Shown here: positions 1 to 8,680 of the stretch, one piece after another
How positions within the stretch are numbered: the first letter of the stretch is position 1
Layout of the letters: each line of letters begins with the position of its first letter
Assembly (NCBI GenBank): GCA_964579845.1
Contig: CAZOHC010000006.1
Location: 1-44,688 of the forward strand
Length of the DNA: 44,688 bases
Origin: an uncultured Gammaproteobacteria bacterium
GTDB lineage: Bacteria > Patescibacteriota > Microgenomatia > Levybacterales > UBA12049
Reading direction: 5' to 3'
Program-made: the position numbers and the translations under genes
The notes under the pieces: model-generated
The model's database searches: none
Told to the model about the DNA's origin: nothing
Seen by the model: the letters and a program-made list of their open reading frames with translations, nothing else

Positions 1-362
1 GCAATATATAAGATACATATAAACACATCACATCTGAGAAAAACCACGAGCATCTACCCAATCTCATCAAAAATTTGAGCTCAGATATTTCACGACAACG
101 CAGCTAGCCTCAAAAGGCGATCTATGTACTCGAATTTTATAAGAAATATGGCCGTGAAAGCTATGAATGCTAATATTTTCACAATAATTTCATCTTTTTG
201 ACTGATACTATGCGGGTCAATTAATATCAAATCAACCCATCTTGACAAGCACAACCTCTATGCCCTACGTTATTAATAAGAGTAGGATTTCTACTCACGA
301 AAACCGAGATAATTCGTATAATCCGTATAATCTCGAAGCTAAACCAATAACAAAGGAATTTC

Positions 363-3300
363 ATGAAAACTCTGTCCCAATTTCAGCATTATTTAATTTC
401 ACAATCATCAGCAAGTCCTGCTACCGTGAAAAACTACTCCGCTGATATCAGACGATTCATCAGATGGTACGAAGATCGTTTTAAGGAAACCTTTGATCCG
501 GTGAAAATATCTGCGCAGATGATCACAGAGTTTCGAAATGATCAAACTGCATCAACTCCGAACAAAGAAACCTCACCGTCCGCCACTCGCTCAGTTGAGC
601 GATACCTGTCATCACTGAGAAAGTATTTTTCCTACCTCGTCACAGTAGATGTGCTGCAGACGAACCCGTTTGACGAACTGAAAGCACTTGCGGCTACGAA
701 AGAAAAAGCAGACCCATGGGAAATTACAGCATTCAAGAACATGCTCTATGAAGCTAAAGCATCAGATCTAACAATAAAAAACTATATCATAGATATTCAA
801 CAATTTATCACGTGGATGACAGCAGCAATCGGCACAGGTGATCAATTTGAGATTCATGAGCATAATATCCCTTCATACATCACCCCAAGTGTTCTTGAGG
901 AATATAAAAGCCGACTGCTTCATGAAGCCAAAGCATCACCCAAAACCGTTAACCGCAAACTCTCCTCACTCAGAAAATATATCCTCTGGGCACAGAAGAG
1001 AAATATGATTCCGGAGTTTGCCCCTGAACAGCTGCCGAAGAATACCGGGGAGAGAGTGGCAACAGGTGTAGTCGTAGCAGAATCTGAAGACACATATCAG
1101 TCAGAAGCACCTATTGCTATCACTGAGCCTGAGGCAGTTATTGAGACAGGTCAGGACGAACCTGAGGAAATCTCTGCCTCAATAAAAGAAGAGTTCATGA
1201 AACCAAGCAGTTACTCGAGAATCCCGCCTGTGCGATTACTCCAAAAAGTGCGGAAAGGCGGGATGTTCTTGTTTGATATAGTTGTCGTGCTACCGCTTGT
1301 TACCGGGATGGAAGTTATCAATTATCGAATCTGGCTGCTAAAAGGCAGCCCTGTCTTCGTCCCACAGGCACGTCCATCACTTAGCAAAAGAGCCAAGCAA
1401 CTGATACTCAAGCACAATCTGCTTCCCCGCCGAGTTACTCCGTCAAAGCCGAAAGTTATCGCGAGTATCCCGAAGTCATTCTATGCGCCGATGGCGATCT
1501 CGCTCAGACACGCGCCACTTCATAAAAAAGCACTGTTTCACCTGAAGCACACCAGACCGAAATGGTACCGATCGTACCATTCCTACGGTATCGTCCACTA
1601 TGCACACGCTGCGATACTGGTCATCATTATGTCAGCAGCTGGCTTCGGCGTCGTACAGGCAATGTCTGACTCTGGGCAGACGCCTGTTGCGGTTGCATCA
1701 CTTCCTGCCGGTCCGCCGAGACTGGTCGCATTCAAAGGAAGGCTTATTACATCAGAGACATCACCGATCACCGCAAATACCAATTTGCGGTTCGGCATTT
1801 ATAAGGATGCAAAAGCTTCAGGCTCAGCACTCCTCTGGGAAGAGGTACGTGAGGTGACACCTGATGAAACAGGCGCGTTCAGTCTGATGCTTGGTGAAGT
1901 ACGTGAGATTCCGCAGCGGCTGTTTACTGATAACCCCAGACTCTACATCGGCATGACCGTCGGTACCGAACAGGAGCTCACACCGCGCAAGCAAATCCCG
2001 ACAGCAGTACTCGCCTCAACCGCAGACACGCTACAGGGGCTACGCCCGATTACAGACCCGCAGGCAGGTGAGAAAAATGCCGTCTTAGCACTCGATTCTT
2101 CGGGAAATATGGTCATCGGCGGAAACGCAAATCCTGTTTTCATAGCGACAGGCGGTAGTTTCACGCTGGCAGGACAGACCCTCATTCTGACAACCGCACC
2201 AGGGACTGATAGTGACATCGTTATCGCACCTGACGGATTCGGAAAAGTTGATATACAGAGACCGATTCACAATACATCAGAACAGATCAGCCCGTCAGGG
2301 ATAACAGGAGCTGTCGAGATAGCTGATAACCTCGTTATCACAGCCAGTCAAAGTGCACAATCAGCCCTTTATATCAACCAAAACTCCAACGGTCCACTCA
2401 TTAGCGCAAGTAGTAGTGGAATTGCTAAATTTACGCTTGAACATACCGGTGCAGCCTCGTTCGGTGATAGTCTCATGATTCATGGGGATACCTTGAGCAC
2501 GACACAGACCAGTTTCAGCCTCCTCACGACCAATCCGATTAACCTCAACTTCGGCACGTCAGCAACTTCCCTCTCAATCGGTGGAACAGAAGGAACAACC
2601 ACGATTAATAATTCCCGAACGATTATTTCGGGAAATCTGGACGTAAACGGAACAACCGGCCTCACCTTCGGGAATTCATCGGCCGGGATTACCTTTAGCG
2701 GTGGCGGGACTCACCTGATAAAAGCCTCCTCCGGCGACCTCAAACTGGGTGAAGTCACCCTCACCGGAACGACGAAGCTGGCAAAAGACCAGAGCATTCT
2801 GCCGGAGAGTGCTGATGGAATCAATAACCTGGGGTCACAGAGCAATCCTTTTGACACACTCTATGTTGAGAACATTGCTTCCCCTGCACTGCTCTGGCAG
2901 ACAAGCGGAACAGCGATCACGCCGAAACACGCAGAGAGCATCGCCTTGGGTACGAACACGGCAGCACCTGTCTGGCAAGTATTCGCCTCAGGTGCCAAGG
3001 CAGGAACAGCCTCGAGTTCCGGAAGCCTCAGTTTTACCGGCAGTAACACAACTATTGATACATTACATGGCGGGAGTCTCACCTTCCGCATGTCACCCGG
3101 AGGAGATGACGGCTTGTCCCCGATCATGACGCTATCTGCAGACAGAGTTGATATCGTCGGAACTGTCACCGCAACAGATCTTATAGAAACTTCGTCACGT
3201 CGATATAAGAAAGATATCGTGCCGGTCCATGACCCGCTTGGCACTATCGGCAAACTGCAGGGCGTGTACTATACCTGGGATGAAGATCACGGCGGGAGAC

Positions 3301-5000
3301 GGGCACTCGGATTTATTGCAGAAGAGGTCGGGGCGGTTATTCCTGAAGTAGTTCATTGGGAGGAAGACGGTGTTCATGCTCGCGGTATCAGCTACGGGGA
3401 TCTTACTGCACTTGCCATTGAGGGAATAAAAGCCCAACAGAAACAGATCTCAGTCCTCTCAGGCATGGTCCATGCTATTACCCTCACTGAGGACACACAG
3501 CTCCATGTTATGGTAAACGGGACTGATGTCACCGTTCAGGACGAGACAGGAACACCGGTAACCGCGAAAGGAGGATTCGCTGAAGCAGTCATCGGGAAAA
3601 TAACAGCTGGCATGCAGCAGGTGCATCATCTGACGACAGGAACAATGCAGGCAGGACAAAGCATTCTGGGCATTGCCAGTGCAGACAGCCTCACAACAGA
3701 GTATCTTGCAGTCGGCGACATGCAGGTCGCCGGGACACTCGGTGCGACTCAGGCAACCATTCTCTCACTCCGGACAGAATCATTGCAAGCAACAGAAGGT
3801 GACAGTCTTACGCTATCGCTCGGTTCATCTGCAATCCGCATCCTTACAGGCAGCCAAGGAGTACAAATTGCTGTGACAGAGTTTGATAGCTACGGCAACG
3901 CCTCATTCACCGGAGCAATACGAGCAGAGCAGGTCGTCGCGGCGACTTCAGTCACCGCCAAAAAAATTATCGCTGATGAGCTGAACCTTAGTGACGAGGG
4001 ATTACGTTCACTCGCACAACACATCGCAGGTTATCTTCCGCAAAGCAGTCAAAATACTTCAGAAAATATCCATCTATCACTTACTACTACAGATCTCCCG
4101 GGGGAAAATGAAGCGGATTCTGCCTCAGAATCCGGTGTTTTGACCGGTGAGACAGATGATTCTGCATCATCATCTGCAGGATTAACCGACCATCCGATTG
4201 TTTCTGACTATTCGCCACTCCCCCCGTCTCTGCCTAATTATAATAGTATAGGAGAAACACTTATCGGCTCATCAATGCCGACCGGTGCCGGCTATGTCGT
4301 CTCTGATTTGTCTGTTGCGGATACGCTCATCGTCAGCGGCAACTTCATCATGAACAATAACTCGATCAATGTAATCGGTGCTGACCTGGAGATTCAGCCG
4401 CTCCAAGCAGGAGGAGTCTCGTTCATGGCAGGACTTGTCACCATCTCCCCTGATGGGAATTTGACCGTAAACGGTAACGCGTTCTTCGCAGGCGATATGA
4501 CCGTAAACGGACAACTCCAAGCAGGCATCATCTCCCCTGTCGGAGAACAGGATCTGATCGTCAAACTCGGGACAGAACAAGCATCTGGAGATCAGTCACT
4601 TGTTATTCAGAACGCGACAGGAGCGTCACAACTGCGTATCAATGACACCGGTGATATCGAATCAGAAGGAACAGGAAGCTTTACATCACTCCTCTCAAAG
4701 TCACTGAATATCGCACGAGGTGCACAGGCGGATGATTCACCGGTGAGAACCATCGCCTCGTCTTCAGCTGGGACCGCGGTAATTCTCCCCGGCCAAACCT
4801 ATCGAACGATTGTGACACCGTTCGTCAACGCTGAGTCGCTCGTCTACATGACACCGACCTCAGACACCCAAGGTGTTGTACCGTATATCGCCAGACAAAC
4901 AGCAGAAGACCCGATGCGAGGCAGAAAAGGCTCCTTTACGATCGAGATCAGTAACCCGGTCACCAAGCCGATCAAGGTTAATTGGTGGGTTGTGAATTAG
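363..5000 (+). CDS. Giant membrane-anchored fibre protein: two integrase-type N-terminal SAM-like (core-binding) modules, TM helices, long fibre repeats and an internal Peptidase_S74-like intramolecular chaperone domain
   Basis: 1545-codon ORF with AAAGGAA upstream of ATG 363. Residues 1-215 hold two tandem XerC/D core-binding-like segments (SPATVKNYSADIRRFIRWY..RYLSSLRKYFSYL; DLTIKNYIIDIQQFITWM..RKLSSLRKYILWA) and no catalytic domain. Hydrophobic helices lie near aa 300-325 and 410-433. SSRRYKKDI..GISYGDLTALAIEGIKAQ (nt 3192-3462) fits the tail-spike S74 chaperone motif. Confidence 0.85.
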   Translation: MKTLSQFQHYLISQSSASPATVKNYSADIRRFIRWYEDRFKETFDPVKISAQMITEFRNDQTASTPNKETSPSATRSVERYLSSLRKYFSYLVTVDVLQTNPFDELKALAATKEKADPWEITAFKNMLYEAKASDLTIKNYIIDIQQFITWMTAAIGTGDQFEIHEHNIPSYITPSVLEEYKSRLLHEAKASPKTVNRKLSSLRKYILWAQKRNMIPEFAPEQLPKNTGERVATGVVVAESEDTYQSEAPIAITEPEAVIETGQDEPEEISASIKEEFMKPSSYSRIPPVRLLQKVRKGGMFLFDIVVVLPLVTGMEVINYRIWLLKGSPVFVPQARPSLSKRAKQLILKHNLLPRRVTPSKPKVIASIPKSFYAPMAISLRHAPLHKKALFHLKHTRPKWYRSYHSYGIVHYAHAAILVIIMSAAGFGVVQAMSDSGQTPVAVASLPAGPPRLVAFKGRLITSETSPITANTNLRFGIYKDAKASGSALLWEEVREVTPDETGAFSLMLGEVREIPQRLFTDNPRLYIGMTVGTEQELTPRKQIPTAVLASTADTLQGLRPITDPQAGEKNAVLALDSSGNMVIGGNANPVFIATGGSFTLAGQTLILTTAPGTDSDIVIAPDGFGKVDIQRPIHNTSEQISPSGITGAVEIADNLVITASQSAQSALYINQNSNGPLISASSSGIAKFTLEHTGAASFGDSLMIHGDTLSTTQTSFSLLTTNPINLNFGTSATSLSIGGTEGTTTINNSRTIISGNLDVNGTTGLTFGNSSAGITFSGGGTHLIKASSGDLKLGEVTLTGTTKLAKDQSILPESADGINNLGSQSNPFDTLYVENIASPALLWQTSGTAITPKHAESIALGTNTAAPVWQVFASGAKAGTASSSGSLSFTGSNTTIDTLHGGSLTFRMSPGGDDGLSPIMTLSADRVDIVGTVTATDLIETSSRRYKKDIVPVHDPLGTIGKLQGVYYTWDEDHGGRRALGFIAEEVGAVIPEVVHWEEDGVHARGISYGDLTALAIEGIKAQQKQISVLSGMVHAITLTEDTQLHVMVNGTDVTVQDETGTPVTAKGGFAEAVIGKITAGMQQVHHLTTGTMQAGQSILGIASADSLTTEYLAVGDMQVAGTLGATQATILSLRTESLQATEGDSLTLSLGSSAIRILTGSQGVQIAVTEFDSYGNASFTGAIRAEQVVAATSVTAKKIIADELNLSDEGLRSLAQHIAGYLPQSSQNTSENIHLSLTTTDLPGENEADSASESGVLTGETDDSASSSAGLTDHPIVSDYSPLPPSLPNYNSIGETLIGSSMPTGAGYVVSDLSVADTLIVSGNFIMNNNSINVIGADLEIQPLQAGGVSFMAGLVTISPDGNLTVNGNAFFAGDMTVNGQLQAGIISPVGEQDLIVKLGTEQASGDQSLVIQNATGASQLRINDTGDIESEGTGSFTSLLSKSLNIARGAQADDSPVRTIASSSAGTAVILPGQTYRTIVTPFVNAESLVYMTPTSDTQGVVPYIARQTAEDPMRGRKGSFTIEISNPVTKPIKVNWWVVN

Positions 5001-5112
5001 GCAGAAGACAGTGTACAGATTTCAGATTTCAGTATATTCATTTTGTTGATTAATTGATTTGCATATCAGTTTCTTACATCTGTTATCCGGCACCTGAAAT
5101 CTGAAGTTATCC

Positions 5113-5142
5113 TTGACTTTATATCTTTTTTCTTGTTACGAT
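5113..5142 (+). promoter_or_regulatory. Possible promoter for the Wzy-like gene
   Basis: TTGACT(5113-5118), an 18-nt spacer, then TACGAT. ATG 5141 follows immediately, so the transcript would be nearly leaderless. Confidence 0.25.
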
Positions 5143-5302
5143 GAATACTACTGCTATGGGAAATCGGAAAGAACTGCTCTCTTATCTGGATACGCTCTCA
5201 CTCATCGTACTCTCGGTGGTATTTTTCTTGTTTCCCCTCCTCTTCCCGCCGCTTACCAGTGATGCATTTGGCATGCCCTAGCCGATTCTTCTCGGCGGCG
5301 GG

Positions 5303-7330
5303 GTGCTGCTCACGCTGACGTTTCTGGCTATCCGAACAGTCGTCGACGGCAAACTCAGCCTGAGATCGACGCCATTTGACCTGCCGGTGTTTCTTTTTGC
5401 TATCGTACTCTTTGTGTCATCAATGCTCTCAGCAAACAGAATCGAGAGTCTTATCTCGTTTATCCCGATCTTCTATGCTATTCTCCTTTATTTTATTATC
5501 GTCAACAGCATTCGCGGGAAAAAATCACTGCTTATTCTCTGCGGTGCGCTGATTTTGGGAACCAGTCTCACAGCATTTATCAGTATTCTTTCGTTCTTTT
5601 CAATCCATATTCTGCCGTTTCAGTACACGCATGTACAGTACTTCTCACCGCTCGGCAGTCTCCTGGATCAAGCACTGGTTTTTGGTTTGGTGCTCCCACT
5701 TGCAGCATACCTCGCTCACCCGCTCTTTTCAGCAGTGCTACTCAGCGGAAAGCCTGAAGACGCTCCGAGCAATAAGAAAATGGGAACCCAGACGATGCTC
5801 TTTGGGATCGGCCTTGTTTTAGTAGGACTCGGCCTGATCGTCACGCTATATCAGCTGATGACGACGCAGAAGCCGTTAATCCTCCCGTTTGAGACAGGGT
5901 TCCAGACTGCATTCGCTTCAATCTCCCAGGACGCAGGACGTGTGCTCCAGAGCTTCCTGTTCGGCAGCGGCTATGGAACCTATCTCACAGATTTCACTCG
6001 GTTCAAACAAGCAGCATATAACAACAATAATACACTCTGGGCATTCACTTTTTTCCGCTCATCCAGCTTCATTCTCGAACTCTTAGCGACAACCGGGTTC
6101 CTTGGTCTCGCATCATTCCTGTTTATAATCTTCAAAGTACTCAAGGAAAAATGGTTCTTCCTGCCGCTCGTCCTCGTCATCATCGCAGCGTTTTTCCTGC
6201 CGTTCTCATTCATCATGCAGGCAATGTTCTTCATACTACTTGGTATATTCGCGCTCTCACGGGCACAGCAGAATCCACGCAAATATCAGCATACTGAGAT
6301 GACCTTGGTCGCCTTAAAACGAGGATTGCTTAGTGCGCAATCAGACGGCCAGGAAGCTCGAGGGAAGAATTCTCCAGCTCTCCCGGTAATCTTTGCCGTA
6401 CTCATGACAGTCCTCGTCCTTACGCTTGGCTACTATACCGTCAGGTTCGTACTTTCTGACCTGACGTTCCAGCGATCACTTGTTGCTGCATCACAGAATA
6501 ACGGCAGTCAGACCTATGAACTCCAGAGACAAGCTATCTCAACCTTCCCGTACCGAGACACCTACTATCGTGTCTTCTCACAGACAAATCTGGCGATAGC
6601 AAACAACCTCGCAGCCTCACAGCCACAGGGCGCTTCGCCGAGTGCAGAGACACAGCAGACGATACTTACATTGATTCAGCAGTCGATCAACTCAGGGAGA
6701 ACAGCTGTGACGATCAGCCCGCTGACAGCGATGAACTGGAATAATCTTTCCTCGATCTACCGAAGTCTCATCGGGTTCGGACAAAACGCTGACCAATTCT
6801 CAATCCTCACGAATAGGCAGGCGATCGCACTTGATCCGAATAATCCGCAGCAATATATTAATCTCGGCGGTATCTATTACCAGCTTGGCCAATGGGAAGA
6901 AGCACAGCGGAATTTCCAGATCGCGATCAATCTCAAGCCTGATTATGCCAATGCCTACTACAACCTCGGCCATGCGCTGGAGTCCAAAGGAGATCTTGAA
7001 AACGCATTGGTCGTCTACCAGACAGTCAGATCACTTGTCGCGAATCAGAAAGAGAGTGTTGACCAGATCAACCAGGAAATTGCTGCTCTCGAGCAGAAAA
7101 TAGGCGCTGCCGGACAGACACCGCCTGCAACAGATGAAGCGGAAGAAGAAATTGATGAGGACCAGCTTCCGCTTGGCGTGAATGCACCTGAACAACAGCT
7201 TCCGGAGAGAAACCCACAGATTCAAATCCCTGGAGTCACGATCTCACCTACGACGCTTCCTGCCAGGACGTCTCCGACACCGGGAGCCGGTACGACGACT
7301 TCCCCATCACCTACAGCTACGGATAACTAG
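5303..7330 (+). CDS. Polytopic O-antigen-ligase/Wzy-like membrane protein with C-terminal TPR repeats (N-terminus interrupted by an in-frame TAG)
   Basis: 675-codon ORF starting at GTG 5303 with many hydrophobic segments and a FGSGYGTY loop. TPR repeats are clear (YINLGGIYYQLGQWEEAQRNFQIAINLKPDYANAYYNLGHALESKGDLENA). The same frame is open from ATG 5141 except for TAG at 5279-5281. Confidence 0.8.
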   Translation: MLLTLTFLAIRTVVDGKLSLRSTPFDLPVFLFAIVLFVSSMLSANRIESLISFIPIFYAILLYFIIVNSIRGKKSLLILCGALILGTSLTAFISILSFFSIHILPFQYTHVQYFSPLGSLLDQALVFGLVLPLAAYLAHPLFSAVLLSGKPEDAPSNKKMGTQTMLFGIGLVLVGLGLIVTLYQLMTTQKPLILPFETGFQTAFASISQDAGRVLQSFLFGSGYGTYLTDFTRFKQAAYNNNNTLWAFTFFRSSSFILELLATTGFLGLASFLFIIFKVLKEKWFFLPLVLVIIAAFFLPFSFIMQAMFFILLGIFALSRAQQNPRKYQHTEMTLVALKRGLLSAQSDGQEARGKNSPALPVIFAVLMTVLVLTLGYYTVRFVLSDLTFQRSLVAASQNNGSQTYELQRQAISTFPYRDTYYRVFSQTNLAIANNLAASQPQGASPSAETQQTILTLIQQSINSGRTAVTISPLTAMNWNNLSSIYRSLIGFGQNADQFSILTNRQAIALDPNNPQQYINLGGIYYQLGQWEEAQRNFQIAINLKPDYANAYYNLGHALESKGDLENALVVYQTVRSLVANQKESVDQINQEIAALEQKIGAAGQTPPATDEAEEEIDEDQLPLGVNAPEQQLPERNPQIQIPGVTISPTTLPARTSPTPGAGTTTSPSPTATDN

Positions 7331-7531
7331 TTCATGACTACGTAAGCTTTTGAACAGCCACTTCAACTTCTCACGTCACATACTGTAGCTCTGACAAGCG
7401 TACATTCTACAAATATCGACACCTTCCCCCAAATCCGACGTCACAGAATCGATTATAAGGGGTAAAAAAACAGTACGCTGACTAATATCCTATCTCTCGT
7501 TAAAAGCGTATTGACACTTCATCGCTCCCAA

Positions 7532-7880
7532 GTCATTCTGAGCGAAGCGAAGAATCATATTTCTTGTGACGTACTACTCCGTCTATATTCTCACCAATAA
7601 GTCCCAAACGACGCTTTATCCAGGAGTGACGAATAATCTGTCCCGGAGAGTACGAGAACATAGAATGGGCTAGATTGAAGGATTCATTAAGAAATATAAC
7701 AGTACGAAGTTGGTTTTCATTGAGCCATTGATACATCTCGAGGAGGCCCTTAAAGCAGAAGAGAAAGTGAGAGCGGATGGACTCGAGCGAAAAAACAAGT
7801 ATTAATAGAATCAATGCATGGACAAGGGAAGAACTTGTCTTCAGAGATATTTTGAGATTCTTCGCTTTGCTCAGAATGAC
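7532..7880. repeat. R1: inverted 25-nt arms of the GTCATTCTGA..GAAGAATC palindrome family enclosing the GIY-YIG pseudogene
   Basis: Left arm 7532-7556 is gtcattctgagcgaagcgaagaatc. Right arm 7856-7880 is gattcttcgctttgctcagaatgac. The arms are reverse complements at 24 of 25 positions. Confidence 0.8.
7566..7805 (+). pseudogene. GIY-YIG (UPF0213-type) nuclease gene with an in-frame TAG
   Basis: The frame reads VTYYSVYILTNKSQTTLYPGVTNNLSRRVREHRMG-TAG(7671-7673)-IEGFIKKYNSTKLVFIEPLIHLEEALKAEEKVRADGLERKNKY. This matches the GIY-YIG small-protein pattern but has YPG instead of YIG, a premature stop and a short C-terminus. Confidence 0.6.
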
Positions 7881-8068
7881 ACGCATGAGGAATCAGACGA
7901 ACAGATTGCTCCTCCATCGTCCGCTTCACGGGCTCGCACTGACACTCACTGCGACTTAAAATTCATAAAATTGATGAGCAAGCATGTACCTTATCTGCTA
8001 GGGGTATTTTTCGTATGCGATACTAAAATTATATACTTTTGTATATTATTACATACTCGTATAGGCAC

Positions 8069-8107
8069 AAAAAAAGAGCGTTCTCCTTACGAATTACGCT
8101 CCTTTTT
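8069..8107 (-). terminator. Rho-independent terminator after the zinc-ribbon gene (looks bidirectional)
   Basis: Hairpin GAGCGT(8076-8081)/ACGCTC(8096-8101) is flanked by an A7 tract on the plus strand (U7 on the minus strand) and by T5 downstream. Confidence 0.7.
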
Positions 8108-8136
8108 ATCCATGTAACGGGATGAAACCCGGAACA

Positions 8137-8448
8137 TTAGGCTTCGTTGCGCTTTGCATCGAAACATTCTCGGCAGTATACCGGTCTGTCCTCTTTCGGT
8201 TGGAACGGAACTGTCGTTGGTTTGTTACAATTTGCGCACGTAACGTCGAACATTCTACGTTCTCCGCCACCACGACTAAACCCGCCGCCTGCCTCGTTTC
8301 GTCGCTGTTTATGAATACGACGACATTCGGGACAACGTACAGGTGCGTTTGTAAACCCTTTTTCCTGGTAAAATTCCTGTTCGGATCCGGTCCAGACGAA
8401 GTCTTTACCGCAATCACGACACTGGAGTGTTTGATCTTGAAATGCCAC
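8137..8448 (-). CDS. Small zinc-ribbon protein (two CxxC..CxxC modules, zf-trcl-like)
   Basis: 103 aa with CRDCGKDFVWTGSEQEFYQEKGFTNAPVRCPECR and CANCNKPTTVPFQPKEDRPVYCRECF, joined by a Gly/Arg linker. AGGAGG-type RBS (aaggaggtg on the minus strand) lies upstream. Confidence 0.8.
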   Translation of the reverse strand: MAFQDQTLQCRDCGKDFVWTGSEQEFYQEKGFTNAPVRCPECRRIHKQRRNEAGGGFSRGGGERRMFDVTCANCNKPTTVPFQPKEDRPVYCRECFDAKRNEA

Positions 8449-8680
8449 TTAGAATCACCTCCTTTTTGTTCATAGCCCTGACTCTAAGTGACTCTGTGAA
8501 GCAAAATGCAGCCTTATGAGTAAAATCTTAGAAGATTCGGTTGTTTCTTATGAAACATCTGTATTATATCATACTAGTGCAATACTTAGTCATTTTTCCT
8601 CTACATGAGGCTAGGTAGTGGATAATTCCTGAAAAATGGGCGCTGAGTGTTCACCTACCAGATAATACCCTCATCTCGTA

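Noticed and set aside
243-271. Promoter for the giant fibre gene at TTGACA 243-248, or the duplicated TATAAT near 316-331
   Set aside because: No acceptable -10 lies 16-19 nt from the TTGACA, and no -35 precedes either TATAAT. Support is insufficient.
1598-4580. Numerous 60-130 aa ORFs inside or antisense to the giant genes and other long CDSs (for example 1943-2218, 2861-3253, 19748-22408, 12918-13273, 9941-10225 and 33966-34702)
   Set aside because: They are wholly nested in much longer ORFs that carry recognisable domains. They are alternative-frame shadows.
5279-7673. TAG reassignment (amber read as a sense codon), suggested by the in-frame TAGs at 5279 and 7671
   Set aside because: TAG terminates at least six good ORFs here (ends at 5000, 7330, 8681, 13784, 25036 and 25706). 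At 13784 a terminator-like hairpin follows directly. Genome-wide recoding is therefore unlikely, and local nonsense mutations are the simpler reading.
7533-7886. 117-aa minus-strand ORF in the track
   Set aside because: It begins and ends inside the two palindrome arms and is antisense to the recognisable GIY-YIG frame. It is a shadow ORF.
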